A stretch of DNA of 64,000 nt from Planctomycetota bacterium (GCA_046290465.1 JBKAGP010000001.1:3456001-3520000), one strand, 5' to 3'. Positions 54,342 through 64,000 are shown, counted from the first letter of the stretch. Notes: generated from the letters alone by a model not told the origin. Made by a program: numbers and translations.

Positions 54342-56129
54342 ATGATCGGAACCAACCACCTCTCGCCGCAGCGGTTTCTCGCAGCCGCGCTCCTGGTCAC
54401 CCTCGCCGGCTGCGGCGGTGGCGGCGGCGGCGGCGGCCCCAGCTCGGCCGCCCCGGTGATCGTCACCGCGTCGTTCTCAGGCGTCGGCGCCAACCCGGCC
54501 GCCGGCGACACGCTGGTGCTCGCCTTCTCGACCACGATCACGCTGGCTGCGGGCCAGCTGCTGACCGACGACGACCTGGTGCTGTCGACCGGCGACACGC
54601 TCGGCACGGTCACGGTCGCGCCGACGCTGCTCAGCTCCAACACCCTGTCGGTCACGCTCGGGGCCGGCGTCAGCTTCACGCCGGGTTCTTCGACGATCGC
54701 GCTCGGCGCGGGCAACGACGTGGTCGGTGGCACCGCCACGTCGCCGCAGGCCGGCGGCGACCCGATCACGATCGGGACCAGCGACGGCGTCTCGCCGACG
54801 GTCACCAACGTCACGGTCGCGATGATCGACGACGAACTGAACGGCACCGGCGCCGCCGGCGGCACGCTGCAGGTCCCGACCAACGGCTGGAACCTCGACC
54901 TCGCCTACTCCGACAACAGCGCGATCGCGACCACCCAGACCGTCATCACCGCCAACGTCGCGGTCAACACGTCGTCGGGCTCGCAGCTGGCCGGCACCAA
55001 CCTGCGGCCGTTCCTGACCGAGGTCAGCGCCGGCAACACCGCGGCGACCTACACGGTGCCGACGACGGTGCAGTTCCCGCAGACGACGGTGACCCTGACG
55101 GTGATCGTGTCCGACGTCAGCGGCCTGTCGTCGACGCCGACGACGTTCGCCGTCGCGGTGCGGCCGTTCAGCGCCGCGCTGCAGCCGTTTGAAACCGCGG
55201 TCAACGCCAGCCAGGTCTGGTTCCTCGACTTCTCGCGCGACCTCGAGTCCTACACGACCACCGCGGAGGCCGGCGGCTTCTCGGTCGACGTCGTCAACGG
55301 CGCCAACGGCACCAGCGACTTCGAAGACCTGTTGCGCGTCATCGGCCTGACCAGCGCCACGCCGATCGCCAACGTGCAGGGCGGCATGGACAGCAACGAG
55401 GTCGCGATCGACCGCTTCAAGACCAACCTGCTGGCCGACCTCGCCACCTACTACACCGGCGCCAACGTGACGTTCACGCTGACCCAGCCGGCCGGCAGCT
55501 TCGGCAGCAGCACCAGCGTCACCTACAGCTCGCTCGGCTACTCGGCGATCAGCATCGGCGGCGCCTCGACGTCGGCGGGCGTGCTCGGCCTGGCGATCTT
55601 CGATCCGTCGAACACGACCCAGAACAACAACACCGTCACCGACTTCGACAGCCAGCGGCTCGGCGTGTTCCTGCACACGATCGTCGACTCAGGCATGGGA
55701 CCGCCGTCGTCGAGCAACTTCCGCACGACCTTCGACGACTTCGCCACCGACCTCGGCGGCACGCCGATCGGCGACGACGCCCAGGACGGCAACCGCCTGC
55801 TGGGCACCGTCGGCGACTCGCGCGAGACCGCGATCGACGCCGCGCTCGCGGAGCTGGCGCGGTTCGTCGCCACCGTGACCGCGCACGAGTGCGGACACTC
55901 GGTCGGCCTGGTCGTCAACGGCGCGATGCCCGCCGGCCTCTACGGCAACGACGGCGTCAACTTCCCCGGCTCCGCCAACGGGCACATCCGCAATGCGAGC
56001 CTGTTCCCCGCCGGTTCGACCAACATCATGAGCCCGTCGCTGTCCTACACGACCGCGACCAGCTCCTCGACCGACTTCAACACCCTCAACCGGGCGTACC
56101 TGCAGGAGCAGGTCTTCTACGGCAACTGA
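54342..56129 (+). CDS. lipoprotein with C-terminal metzincin-like zinc metalloprotease domain
   Basis: ATG at 54342, lipobox LAGC plus poly-Gly linker, Thr/Ser-rich beta domains, HECGHSVGL and Met-turn-like NIMSP. Confidence 0.8.
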   Translation: MIGTNHLSPQRFLAAALLVTLAGCGGGGGGGGPSSAAPVIVTASFSGVGANPAAGDTLVLAFSTTITLAAGQLLTDDDLVLSTGDTLGTVTVAPTLLSSNTLSVTLGAGVSFTPGSSTIALGAGNDVVGGTATSPQAGGDPITIGTSDGVSPTVTNVTVAMIDDELNGTGAAGGTLQVPTNGWNLDLAYSDNSAIATTQTVITANVAVNTSSGSQLAGTNLRPFLTEVSAGNTAATYTVPTTVQFPQTTVTLTVIVSDVSGLSSTPTTFAVAVRPFSAALQPFETAVNASQVWFLDFSRDLESYTTTAEAGGFSVDVVNGANGTSDFEDLLRVIGLTSATPIANVQGGMDSNEVAIDRFKTNLLADLATYYTGANVTFTLTQPAGSFGSSTSVTYSSLGYSAISIGGASTSAGVLGLAIFDPSNTTQNNNTVTDFDSQRLGVFLHTIVDSGMGPPSSSNFRTTFDDFATDLGGTPIGDDAQDGNRLLGTVGDSRETAIDAALAELARFVATVTAHECGHSVGLVVNGAMPAGLYGNDGVNFPGSANGHIRNASLFPAGSTNIMSPSLSYTTATSSSTDFNTLNRAYLQEQVFYGN

Positions 56130-56131
56130 TC

Positions 56132-57091
56132 ATGCGACTCCTCCCCGTCCTCTGTTCGGCTCTCGCGCTGGCGGCCACTGCCGCGGCCCAGAGCCTCCGC
56201 CGCGGGCTCGTCGACGCGGACGCCGTGTTCGTCGGCCGCCAGGTCGGCAAGAAGCCGCACGGCGACTCGCTCACGCTGCACCGGGTGCAGATCGTCGAGA
56301 ACGTGCGCGGCGTCGACGGCCACCGCGCCGTCACCGTCATCGACTGGCCCAAGCTGTCGCTGCACAACCGCCCGACGCCGCGCCAGTCGCGGCTGTTCTG
56401 CCTGCAGGACGCGTCGGCGATCGCCGAGCGCCTCGCGCTCCCGGCCAGCGGCGCGCCCTACTACAAGATGGTCGGTTGGTCCGGCAGCCACCCGCTGATC
56501 GGCGCCGACCGGGACCAGGATCCGATCGTGAGGTTCGCGCGCACGCTCGCCGACGGCGAGAAGGGCACCGCACCGGACGTCACCGCCGCAGCGCTGGTGA
56601 CGATGGCGATCAGCGGTGACGCCAGCGTGCGCACCGAAGTGACCCGCTACCTGACCGAACGTGGCGACCTGCGCGGCAAGCTGTCCGCCGTGCACTGGAA
56701 CCAGCTGATGGCGCGCGCCACCGGCGAGGTCGAGGACGTCGACTACAAGATCGCGCTGGCCACGCTCTGCGGGGAGCAGCGGCTCGAAGGCCTCGTCGAG
56801 GCGCTGGCCGTGTCGCTCGGGCCGGTCACCGACCCGCGCTATGCCCGCTGCGTCGGCCGCATCAGCGAGGTGCTGCACGGCGAACGGGCGACCGAGGTAC
56901 TCGGCCGACGGCTGCGCAACCTCGGCAAGCAGCAGGACCGCAAGATGGTGCTGATGGCGATCGGCGCCACCAACACGCAGTCGGCGCTCGACGCGCTGAT
57001 GAAGATGGACAAGAAGGACGCGGCCGTGGTCGCCGCGCTGCGCGAGCACCGTTCGAAGAAGGCGCGGGACGCTGCCGGCAGGCGCCGGTAG
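56132..57091 (+). CDS. secreted hypothetical protein with HEAT-like helical C-terminus
   Basis: ATG at 56132, 2 bp after the upstream stop; signal peptide; DADAVFVG N-terminal beta region, then helical repeats. Confidence 0.7.
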   Translation: MRLLPVLCSALALAATAAAQSLRRGLVDADAVFVGRQVGKKPHGDSLTLHRVQIVENVRGVDGHRAVTVIDWPKLSLHNRPTPRQSRLFCLQDASAIAERLALPASGAPYYKMVGWSGSHPLIGADRDQDPIVRFARTLADGEKGTAPDVTAAALVTMAISGDASVRTEVTRYLTERGDLRGKLSAVHWNQLMARATGEVEDVDYKIALATLCGEQRLEGLVEALAVSLGPVTDPRYARCVGRISEVLHGERATEVLGRRLRNLGKQQDRKMVLMAIGATNTQSALDALMKMDKKDAAVVAALREHRSKKARDAAGRRR

Positions 57092-57099
57092 CGCTGCCG

Positions 57100-57516
57100 C
57101 TACGACGCGACGCGCCCGCCGTGGTCGGCGATCTGCTCGCGGGTCGTCAGGTCGAGCGCCTGCTCGGTGACGAAGACCCGCAGCGAACCGAGCAGCAGCG
57201 CACCCTGGATCGCGACCACGGTCAGCACGAACGCGACGATCGAGAAGCCGAGCAGGTGCTCGTCGGTCGCCAGCTGCAGCTCGCGGTACCACTCGATCGG
57301 CACCTCGGCGCCGGTGACCTCGCGCGCCGACGGCGGCCGCACCTGAGCGGTGACGACCAGGGTGGCGGCCATCGGCACCAGCAGGGCCCCGAAGACCAGC
57401 AGGGTGCGGCGCAGCAACGCGATCCGCAGCGTCAGCGTGTGGGCGCGGAAGGCCGCGCCGATCGAGAACAGGCCGAAGACGCCGACGAAGATCGCGATCA
57501 GGCTGGTGAAGGTCAT
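57100..57516 (-). CDS. small membrane protein (three TM helices)
   Basis: Three hydrophobic segments; typical codon bias. Confidence 0.7.
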   Translation of the reverse strand: MTFTSLIAIFVGVFGLFSIGAAFRAHTLTLRIALLRRTLLVFGALLVPMAATLVVTAQVRPPSAREVTGAEVPIEWYRELQLATDEHLLGFSIVAFVLTVVAIQGALLLGSLRVFVTEQALDLTTREQIADHGGRVAS

Positions 57517-57664
57517 GGGCGGAACAGTCGGACGGAGCCGGGCGCCCGCTATTCCAGCGAACCCAAGTCGTTGTTTCGCAACGACTCACAACGCCCTAGG
57601 CTTCGTCGGCACCAGCGCCCCGCCGCGTCGTAGCACGCGGCGCTCCGGCCCGAGCAGCTCTCCC

Positions 57665-59122
57665 ATGTCGCACCGCCGCATCCTGTGCGCCGCGCTCGCC
57701 GCGGCGTTTCCCGCCCTCGCCGTCTCCCAGTGTCCGCTCGCGTGGCAGCCGTTCGTCGGCGGCGGCGCCGACGCGCGCGTGCGCTGCCTGCTCGACTCGC
57801 CGTTCGGCCTGGTCGCGGGCGGCGACTTCCTGACCCTGGGCGGCACGGCGTGCAGCCACCTTGGGACCTTCGAAGGCGCCACCTGGCAGCCGCTCGGCGG
57901 CGGCACCGACGCAACCGTGCGCGACCTGGTGCTCGCGCCCAACGGCGACCTGGTCGTCGGCGGCTCGTTCACGACCGCGGGCGGGCAACTGGTGGACCAC
58001 GTCGCCCGCTGGAACGGCGCCGGCTGGAGCGCGCTCGGTGGCGGGGTCGACGGCGCGGTCTGGTGCGTCGCGGTGCGAGCCAACGGCAACGTCATCGTCG
58101 GCGGCAACTTCGCAACCGCGGGCGGCGCGCCGGCCAGCAGCATCGCCGAGTTCGACGGCAGCAGCTGGCAGGCCTACGGCGGCGGCGTCAACTCGACCGT
58201 GCGCACGCTGCACGTCGCCACCAATGGCGACGTGTTCGTCGGCGGTGGCTTCGACCAGGTCGACGGCCAGGCGATCAGCCGGCTGGCGCGCTGGAACGGC
58301 AGTTCGTGGTCCCAGGTCGGCAGCGGCACCAACGGGCCGGTCTACGCGCTGGTGCCGGCAGCGAACGGCGACCTGCTGGTCGCGGGCAACTTCACGGCGC
58401 TCGGCAGCACGCCGACCCAGAACCTCGCGCGATGGAACGGCACCGCGTTGCTGCCGTTCGCGACCGGCCCGGACGGACCGGTGGAGACCGTGGCCGTGCT
58501 GCCCGACGGCGACCTCGCCGTCGGTGGCAGCTTCTCGACCGCCGGCGGCGTGCCGACCAACAACACAGCCCGGCTCGACGGCGCCACCTGGACCGCGCTC
58601 GACGGCGGCGTCGACAACCGCATCGACGACCTGCTGTTCACCGCCGGGGAACTGCACGCGTGCGGCGCGTTCACGTCGACCAGCAGCGCGCCGAGCGCGT
58701 TCGTCGCGACCCTGCGCACCCCGTGCCCGGCCGGCGTGATGCCGTTCGGCGCGGCCTGCGGCGGCACCTCGCTGCAAGCCAGCACCGCGCCGTGGACCGG
58801 CGCCGGCTACACCGTGCGCGGCCTCGGCTTCGCCGGCACCGCGCTGGTCGTCGCCGTCACCGGCCTGTCGCCCGCCAGCCTGCCGCTGCCGGCGCTGCTG
58901 CCGCAGTCGCTGCCCGGCTGCCAGCTGTCCGCCACCCCCGACGTGCTCGACCTGCTGGCCCCCACGTCCGGCGAAGCGAGCTACACGTTCGTGCTGCCCA
59001 ACGACCCGACGATCGCCGGCCAGACCTTCGTCCAGCAGCTGGTCGCCTTCGACCTCTCACCCGCAACCATCACCTCGATCACCAGCACCAACGCCCTCCA
59101 GGCCACCATCGGCACGTTCTGA
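57665..59122 (+). CDS. secreted beta-propeller repeat protein with the shared C-terminal domain
   Basis: ATG at 57665; about seven repeats of GDLVVGGxFxxAGG...ARWNG.W..LGGG; ends FGAACGG...LPGCQL...QQLVAFD...TNALQATIGTF. Confidence 0.88.
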   Translation: MSHRRILCAALAAAFPALAVSQCPLAWQPFVGGGADARVRCLLDSPFGLVAGGDFLTLGGTACSHLGTFEGATWQPLGGGTDATVRDLVLAPNGDLVVGGSFTTAGGQLVDHVARWNGAGWSALGGGVDGAVWCVAVRANGNVIVGGNFATAGGAPASSIAEFDGSSWQAYGGGVNSTVRTLHVATNGDVFVGGGFDQVDGQAISRLARWNGSSWSQVGSGTNGPVYALVPAANGDLLVAGNFTALGSTPTQNLARWNGTALLPFATGPDGPVETVAVLPDGDLAVGGSFSTAGGVPTNNTARLDGATWTALDGGVDNRIDDLLFTAGELHACGAFTSTSSAPSAFVATLRTPCPAGVMPFGAACGGTSLQASTAPWTGAGYTVRGLGFAGTALVVAVTGLSPASLPLPALLPQSLPGCQLSATPDVLDLLAPTSGEASYTFVLPNDPTIAGQTFVQQLVAFDLSPATITSITSTNALQATIGTF

Positions 59123-59215
59123 AAGTAGCGGTACGGTACGCGGTTCATCCTCCAACGTTCGCGGCGGCTGCGCCGCGAACGTTGGAGGATGAACCGCGTA
59201 ACGTACCGCTACTTT
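59122..59215. repeat. long inverted repeat (45-bp arms, one mismatch, 4-nt loop), REPIN-like
   Basis: Arms at 59122-59166 and 59171-59215; both start aaaGTAG on their own strand; lies between convergent genes. Confidence 0.92.
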
Positions 59216-60318
59216 GCGGCGAGGCGGCGGAGGACCTTCAGGGCATGTTGGCGTTCCTGGAGGTGGTCGCGAACCTGCAGGTCGGGCACCACGCGCGGCA
59301 TGCGGGTGCCGTTGCCGTGCCAGCGTTTGCCGAGCTGGTCCTCGTTGGGGTTGGTCAGGTAGGCCGCGCCCGCCGCGCCGAGGGTCCACTCGACCATCGG
59401 CAGCGGACTCGCGCCGGCGAACAGCTGCAGCCGTGGCGCCAGTGGCCCGCCGAGGTCGAGTTCGAGCTCGAAGCCGCCCTCGAGCAGCCACCGCAGGCGG
59501 TCGTGCTCGGCGCGACGCAGCGACGCCCCCGCCGGGAAGATCACGTCGCCGCGATCGGCGACGGCGGTCACCGCCGCGACCGCACGGCGCACGTTCTTCT
59601 GGGTCTCGCGGTGCTGGCGCGGCATGCGCGCGAGCGACCGGCGCAGCGGATCGGTCAGCACCACCAGCCGCTCCTCGGGCGTGTCGTCGCGGCGTTCCTT
59701 CGCCACCAGGACACGATCGAGCACGACCATCGCGCCGAGCGCCATCGGCCGATACAGGTCGCCGCCGTCCCCGCAGCACGCCAGCCGCACGCCGGCCCAC
59801 TCGCGGGCGCGCCCGTGGCCCTTCGCCGCGGTGCCGCGCTGCCACGGCTGCAGCGCGCGATCCCCGTGCACCACCCACACGTCGCGCACGCGGTTCTTGC
59901 GGCTCTGGGCCAGCGACACCTGCACGCGGCTGCCGTCCGCGAGCAGCAGTTCGAGGCCCGCCGCGAACGGGCCCGCCGCCTCGCCGCTGCGCAGGTGCAG
60001 CGCGCCGTCGGGTGCGACCAGCAGCTGGCGGCCCGACGGAAACGTCAGCTTCACGCCCACCGCGCGGCAGGCCACGTGCACACCGCCCGGGGTCACGCAG
60101 CCATCGGTGTCGTGGAAGCGCAGCCGACGCTCGCGCCGCGCGACGCCGCCGTCGCCGAGGCCGAAGTCGGCCACCGGCACGGATCCGGCCGCGCCGGACA
60201 AGACGACCTCTGGCAGCTGCTTCTGGAGCGGCCGCAGCGGCGTGCGTTCTTGCTGCGCGAGCAGCGCGCTGACGAGCGGAGCACAGAGCAACAGCCGGAC
60301 GATCGAAGGGCCCATCAC
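59209..60318 (-). CDS. secreted hypothetical protein
   Basis: Signal-like N-terminus (LLLCAPLVSALLAQ); fills the gap between neighbours; no recognised motif. Confidence 0.65.
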   Translation of the reverse strand: MMGPSIVRLLLCAPLVSALLAQQERTPLRPLQKQLPEVVLSGAAGSVPVADFGLGDGGVARRERRLRFHDTDGCVTPGGVHVACRAVGVKLTFPSGRQLLVAPDGALHLRSGEAAGPFAAGLELLLADGSRVQVSLAQSRKNRVRDVWVVHGDRALQPWQRGTAAKGHGRAREWAGVRLACCGDGGDLYRPMALGAMVVLDRVLVAKERRDDTPEERLVVLTDPLRRSLARMPRQHRETQKNVRRAVAAVTAVADRGDVIFPAGASLRRAEHDRLRWLLEGGFELELDLGGPLAPRLQLFAGASPLPMVEWTLGAAGAAYLTNPNEDQLGKRWHGNGTRMPRVVPDLQVRDHLQERQHALKVLRRLAAK

Positions 60319-60381
60319 AGCGGACCTATCGGCACGCGGCGCGGCGCAGCCGTAGCCGCGGCCACGACGTTCGCGCCGCGA

Positions 60382-61620
60382 TCAGGCGTCCGGCAGCGCG
60401 ACCCCGAGCTCGGTCGCGATCGCCGCCAGGAACGCGCCGACGTCGGTCACGATGCCCTGGCTCTGGGCCGAACCGCGGTCGCTCAGCTTGCTGACGACCG
60501 CCGGGTGGATGTCGACGCAGACCGTCAACACGTCGGCCGGGATCATGTTGCCGGTGCCGATGCCGTGCAGCATCGAACTCAGGATCACGACCATGCCGGC
60601 GTCCTGCAGGATCTCCGCATAGCCCGCCTGCGCCGCGATCAAGTCCATCTCGGTGTCCGGCAGCGGCCCGTCGTCGCGGATCGAACCAGCGAGGCAGAAC
60701 GGCACCTTCGCCTGCACCGCCGCGTACATGACGCCGGTGGTCAGCGTGCCCTGCGCGACCGCGTTGGGGATGTTGCCCGCGCGGCGCACCGCGTTGATCG
60801 CGCGCATGTGGTGCATGTGGCCGTGCACCGCCGGACGACCCGTGGCCAGCTCGACGCCGAGGCTGGTGCCGTAGAGCGCCACCTCGACGTCGTGCACCGC
60901 GAGCGCGTTGCCGCTCAACAGGCCGTCGACCAGACCCGCGGACAGGATCGCGGCCAGCGTCGGCGCCGCGCCGACGTGCACGACCACCGGCCCGGCGACC
61001 AGCACCACCTTGCGGCCGGCAGCGCGAACGTTCCGCCAGGCCTCGGCGACCTCCTGGACCTGCGCGGCCAGCCGACGTTCGGAGCTGACGCCGCCCTGCA
61101 TGAACCCGAACTTGCCCTGCTGCCGCTTGCGCGTCGTGTGCGCCGTGATGCGGATGCCGGCGAAGCCCACCACGCAGCGGGTGCCCTTCTGCAGGTCGCG
61201 CAGCTTGATGCAGGTCGGCACGCCGTCGCCGGTGTCGGCGACCACCGCGTCCATGCGCTGCTTGTGCACCTGCACCCAGCGACCGTCGATGCGGACCTCG
61301 GTGACCAGGTTGGTGGTCGAGTAGAAGCCGTCGGGCGCGGTGCCGTCGATGTCGACGACCTCCCAGACGGCGTCCTCGGTCTCGAGTTCGCTGAGCCCCA
61401 GCGACATCAGGTCCGCCTGCAGCCGTTCGAAGGCCTGCTCGTCCGGGGCCGTCACCTGCATCTCGAGCTCGCTGTCGTCGGTGCGCAGCCGGCCGATCTC
61501 GAGCCTGGTGATCTCGTAGCTCGCGTCCGCCGCGTGCACCGCCTCCATGGCGTCCGACAGCAGGCCGCTGTCGATCAGGTGGCCGCGCGCATGGAACTTC
61601 GCAACGATGGGCTTGCTCAC
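60382..61620 (-). CDS. TIGR00300 family protein (ornithine cyclodeaminase of the AgrE/ArgZ C-terminal type)
   Basis: GTG at 61620; GHLIDSG, APDGFYSTTN, QRMD, FGFMQGGVSSER, GPVVVH, GNALAVHDVE, LAGSIRDDGPLPDT, MLHGIGTGNM, KLSDRGS. Confidence 0.92.
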   Translation of the reverse strand: MSKPIVAKFHARGHLIDSGLLSDAMEAVHAADASYEITRLEIGRLRTDDSELEMQVTAPDEQAFERLQADLMSLGLSELETEDAVWEVVDIDGTAPDGFYSTTNLVTEVRIDGRWVQVHKQRMDAVVADTGDGVPTCIKLRDLQKGTRCVVGFAGIRITAHTTRKRQQGKFGFMQGGVSSERRLAAQVQEVAEAWRNVRAAGRKVVLVAGPVVVHVGAAPTLAAILSAGLVDGLLSGNALAVHDVEVALYGTSLGVELATGRPAVHGHMHHMRAINAVRRAGNIPNAVAQGTLTTGVMYAAVQAKVPFCLAGSIRDDGPLPDTEMDLIAAQAGYAEILQDAGMVVILSSMLHGIGTGNMIPADVLTVCVDIHPAVVSKLSDRGSAQSQGIVTDVGAFLAAIATELGVALPDA

Positions 61621-61726
61621 CGCCGGAACGTAGCCGCGGAATGTCCGCCAGACCAGCGAACCAGGACCGCCCCCCGCCCGTTGCTGGGGTGCCCCTTCTG
61701 CCCTTCTCCCCGCGCGTGGTGCTAGC

Positions 61727-62665
61727 ATGCCGACTGCGTACCGAACCCAGCGAATGACCCCTCTCGCGCAAAAACTCATCGAGGCCGTCGGCCAGACCGT
61801 GCACGGCAAGGAAGACGCCATCGAACTGGCCGTCATCACCTTGTTCGCGGGCGGACACCTGCTGGTCGAGGACCTTCCCGGCGTCGGCAAGACGCTGCTC
61901 GCGCGCACCCTGGCGCAGTCGCTCGACCTGCCGTTCCAGCGCGTGCAGTGCACGTCGGACCTGCTGCCGTCGGACCTGATCGGCGCGCAGATCTACCACC
62001 CACGAACGGGCGAGCTGACGTTCCGCCAGGGACCGGTGTTCACGTCGGTGCTGATGGCCGACGAGCTCAACCGCACGCCGCCGCGCACGCAGTCGGCGCT
62101 GCTCGAGTGCATGGCCGAGCGCCGCGTGACCGTCGACCGCGAGACCCACTCGCTGCCCGATCCGTTCTTCGTGGTCGCGACGCAGAACCCGCTGACCGCC
62201 GCCGGCACCTACATGCTGCCGGACAACCAGCTCGACCGGTTCCTGCTGCGCATCGAGATCGGCCACCTCGACCCCGAGTTCGAGATCGACGTGGTCAGCC
62301 GCGAGGACGGCCACCGGCTGGCCGACGACGTGCGGCCGGTCGCCTCGCGCGACGACCTGTTTGCCGCGCGCGCGGCGATCGACGAGGTGCGCTGCGACCG
62401 CGAGCTGGTCGCGTTCGTCGTCGAACTCGCCAACCGCACGCGCACGTCCCCGGACGTGATCCAGGGCGTCAGCACGCGCGGCGCGCAGGCGCTGCACCGC
62501 GCCTGCCGCTCGCGCGCCTACGTGCACGGTCGCGACTTCGTCGTGCCGGACGACGTGCGCGCGCTGCTGGTGCCGTCGTGGGCCCACCGCCTGGCACCGC
62601 GCACCGGCGCCAACGCCGATGCGGTGCTGCACGAGATCCTGGCCGAGACGCCGCTGCCGGACTAG
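61727..62665 (+). CDS. MoxR family AAA+ ATPase
   Basis: GHLLVEDLPGVGKT, DLLPSDLIG, ADELNRTPPRTQSALLE, ATQNP, QLDRF. Confidence 0.96.
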   Translation: MPTAYRTQRMTPLAQKLIEAVGQTVHGKEDAIELAVITLFAGGHLLVEDLPGVGKTLLARTLAQSLDLPFQRVQCTSDLLPSDLIGAQIYHPRTGELTFRQGPVFTSVLMADELNRTPPRTQSALLECMAERRVTVDRETHSLPDPFFVVATQNPLTAAGTYMLPDNQLDRFLLRIEIGHLDPEFEIDVVSREDGHRLADDVRPVASRDDLFAARAAIDEVRCDRELVAFVVELANRTRTSPDVIQGVSTRGAQALHRACRSRAYVHGRDFVVPDDVRALLVPSWAHRLAPRTGANADAVLHEILAETPLPD

Positions 62666-62705
62666 CCCGACGGCCCCGGCATCCCCGACCCGACGCAACT
62701 CCCAG

Positions 62706-63779
62706 ATGGCGACCCCCAACAGCACGCTCGAGCTGACCCCACGCGGCAAGGTCGTGCTGTGGCTGGCGGGCCTCGCCAGCGGCGCGGCCTGGCTCGGTGG
62801 CGACGGCAACGCGCGGCTGGCCGCGGCGATGCTCGCCGCGCCGATCGTGGTCGACTTCGTCGCCAAGCAGCGCCGCCTGCACTTCACCAGGATCCGCGTC
62901 GCGCCGCGCACCACCACCGCCGGCGCGATCTACAACGAGAGCGTCGTCGTCGAACACTGCGGTCGCCGGCCGCTGCGCCACTGCCAGCTGTACGAGCCGC
63001 GCTCGATGCGCGGCGAGGCCCCGACGCTGCTGCCGACGCTGACGCCGTTCGCGGAGCAACGGGTCGAGATGCGCCAGCGCAGCATGGTGCGCAGCCACGT
63101 GCTCGAGCGCGTGTTCATCCTCGAGTCGCAGTGGCCGCTCGGCATGTTCGCGACCCGATCGGTCGTCAGCGCCGACGCCGAACTGATCACCGAGCCGGCG
63201 CGCGTGCCGCTGCGCGCCGACGTGTTCGACGCCGCCGCCGAGGCCGAGGTCTCGCCGATCGATCGCTCGCAGCTGCCGGGCCCCGAGTTCTACGCGCTGC
63301 GCGAACACAGCGTCGACGAGGACGCGCGCGGCGTGCACGCGCTGCGCAGCGCCGCGATGGGCACGCTGGTGCGCCGCGTCACCCGAGGGCGCATGCCACG
63401 CATGATCGGCGTGGTGCTGGACCTGCGGCGCGCCCCGGGCACGCCGCGCGGTCGCGGCCTGCGCCGCTGCGAGTGGAGCCTCGGCGCCTGCGCGACGCTG
63501 GTGCACGAACTGCACCGACGCGGCTCCGAAGTACGCGTGCTGGTGCTCGACGCGACGCCCGAGTCGTTCGACGTGCGCGGCCCGGCACAGCTGACCGAAC
63601 TGATGACGCTGCTGTCCGAGGCCAGCCTTGCTTCGAACGCGCCGGTCGCCGACGAACTGCTCGAAGGGCTCGAGGCGCTGGTGCACTGCTACTGGATCCC
63701 GGCCGGCGGCTACCTGCGCGCGCCCGAACTCCAGGCGCTGCCCGGCCGCGTCACGCTGCTCGAGGAGGAACGCGAATGA
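62706..63779 (+). CDS. DUF58 domain-containing protein
   Basis: ATG at 62706; N-terminal transmembrane segment, WPLGMF, EFYALREHSVDEDARGVHALRSA; follows MoxR. Confidence 0.85.
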   Translation: MATPNSTLELTPRGKVVLWLAGLASGAAWLGGDGNARLAAAMLAAPIVVDFVAKQRRLHFTRIRVAPRTTTAGAIYNESVVVEHCGRRPLRHCQLYEPRSMRGEAPTLLPTLTPFAEQRVEMRQRSMVRSHVLERVFILESQWPLGMFATRSVVSADAELITEPARVPLRADVFDAAAEAEVSPIDRSQLPGPEFYALREHSVDEDARGVHALRSAAMGTLVRRVTRGRMPRMIGVVLDLRRAPGTPRGRGLRRCEWSLGACATLVHELHRRGSEVRVLVLDATPESFDVRGPAQLTELMTLLSEASLASNAPVADELLEGLEALVHCYWIPAGGYLRAPELQALPGRVTLLEEERE

Positions 63780-64000
63780 CCGCGCGCGATCCGGCCCCGC
63801 GCGGCCTGCGCCGCTTCGCCACCGTGTGCATGTTCGCGGCGACGATCCTGGCCCTCGCCAACCTGCCCGGCGACGAGCTGCCGGTCCCGTGGCTGCTCGC
63901 GTTCACGCTGCCCGGCGCGATCCTCGGCGGCTGGTCGCGACTCGCGCGGTCGCCGTGGCGGCGCGCGGCGATCGCCGTGATCCTGCAGGCGGGCGCCTGC
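63776..64000 (+). CDS. membrane protein, 5' part only; probably DUF3488/transglutaminase-like (TgpA-type)
   Basis: ATGA overlap with the DUF58 stop; hydrophobic MTARDPAPRGLRRFATVCMFAATILALANL...; product inferred only from the common MoxR-DUF58-transglutaminase gene order. Confidence 0.6.
   Translation, partial: MTARDPAPRGLRRFATVCMFAATILALANLPGDELPVPWLLAFTLPGAILGGWSRLARSPWRRAAIAVILQAGAC

Noticed and set aside
54336..54359. Overlapping divergent starts of ORF 53772..54359 and the 54342 lipoprotein
   Set aside because: The minus-strand start is uncertain and probably lies further downstream, so the overlap is likely an ORF-calling artefact.

Overview
GC-rich bacterial chromosomal DNA, very probably Planctomycetota: it encodes a PSCyt1/DUF1549 cytochrome-c-type protein and a DUF1552 protein. 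About 46 CDSs are supportable, mostly secreted or membrane proteins, peptidases/hydrolases and scattered metabolic genes (galK, threonine ammonia-lyase, FabG-like reductase, thiol dioxygenase, TIGR00300 protein, MoxR-DUF58 operon). I found no rRNA, tRNA, CRISPR array, transposase or integrase. The main observation is that six to seven unrelated secreted proteins share a ~110-130 aa domain (GxxC ... LP..L..GxPGC ... Q ... S/T-N/D-A), terminal in six and internal in one. Two of them are choice-of-anchor B proteins, where this domain sits in the position usually held by a sorting signal, so it is a candidate lineage-specific secretion/anchoring domain. In three proteins a passenger domain appears inserted inside it. 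Second, an 83/84-bp CTAG-bounded palindromic element occurs once at 19835 and as a three-unit head-to-tail array at 48393; both times it starts at the stop codon of a gene of this family ending in ...EIR*. Also notable are a 45-bp-arm GTAG-led REPIN-like palindrome, a solitary DrmMI/type IIG-like methyltransferase coupled to ilvA, and a Hanks-type kinase with DPA in place of DFG. All family assignments come from motif recognition by eye; no database search was run.
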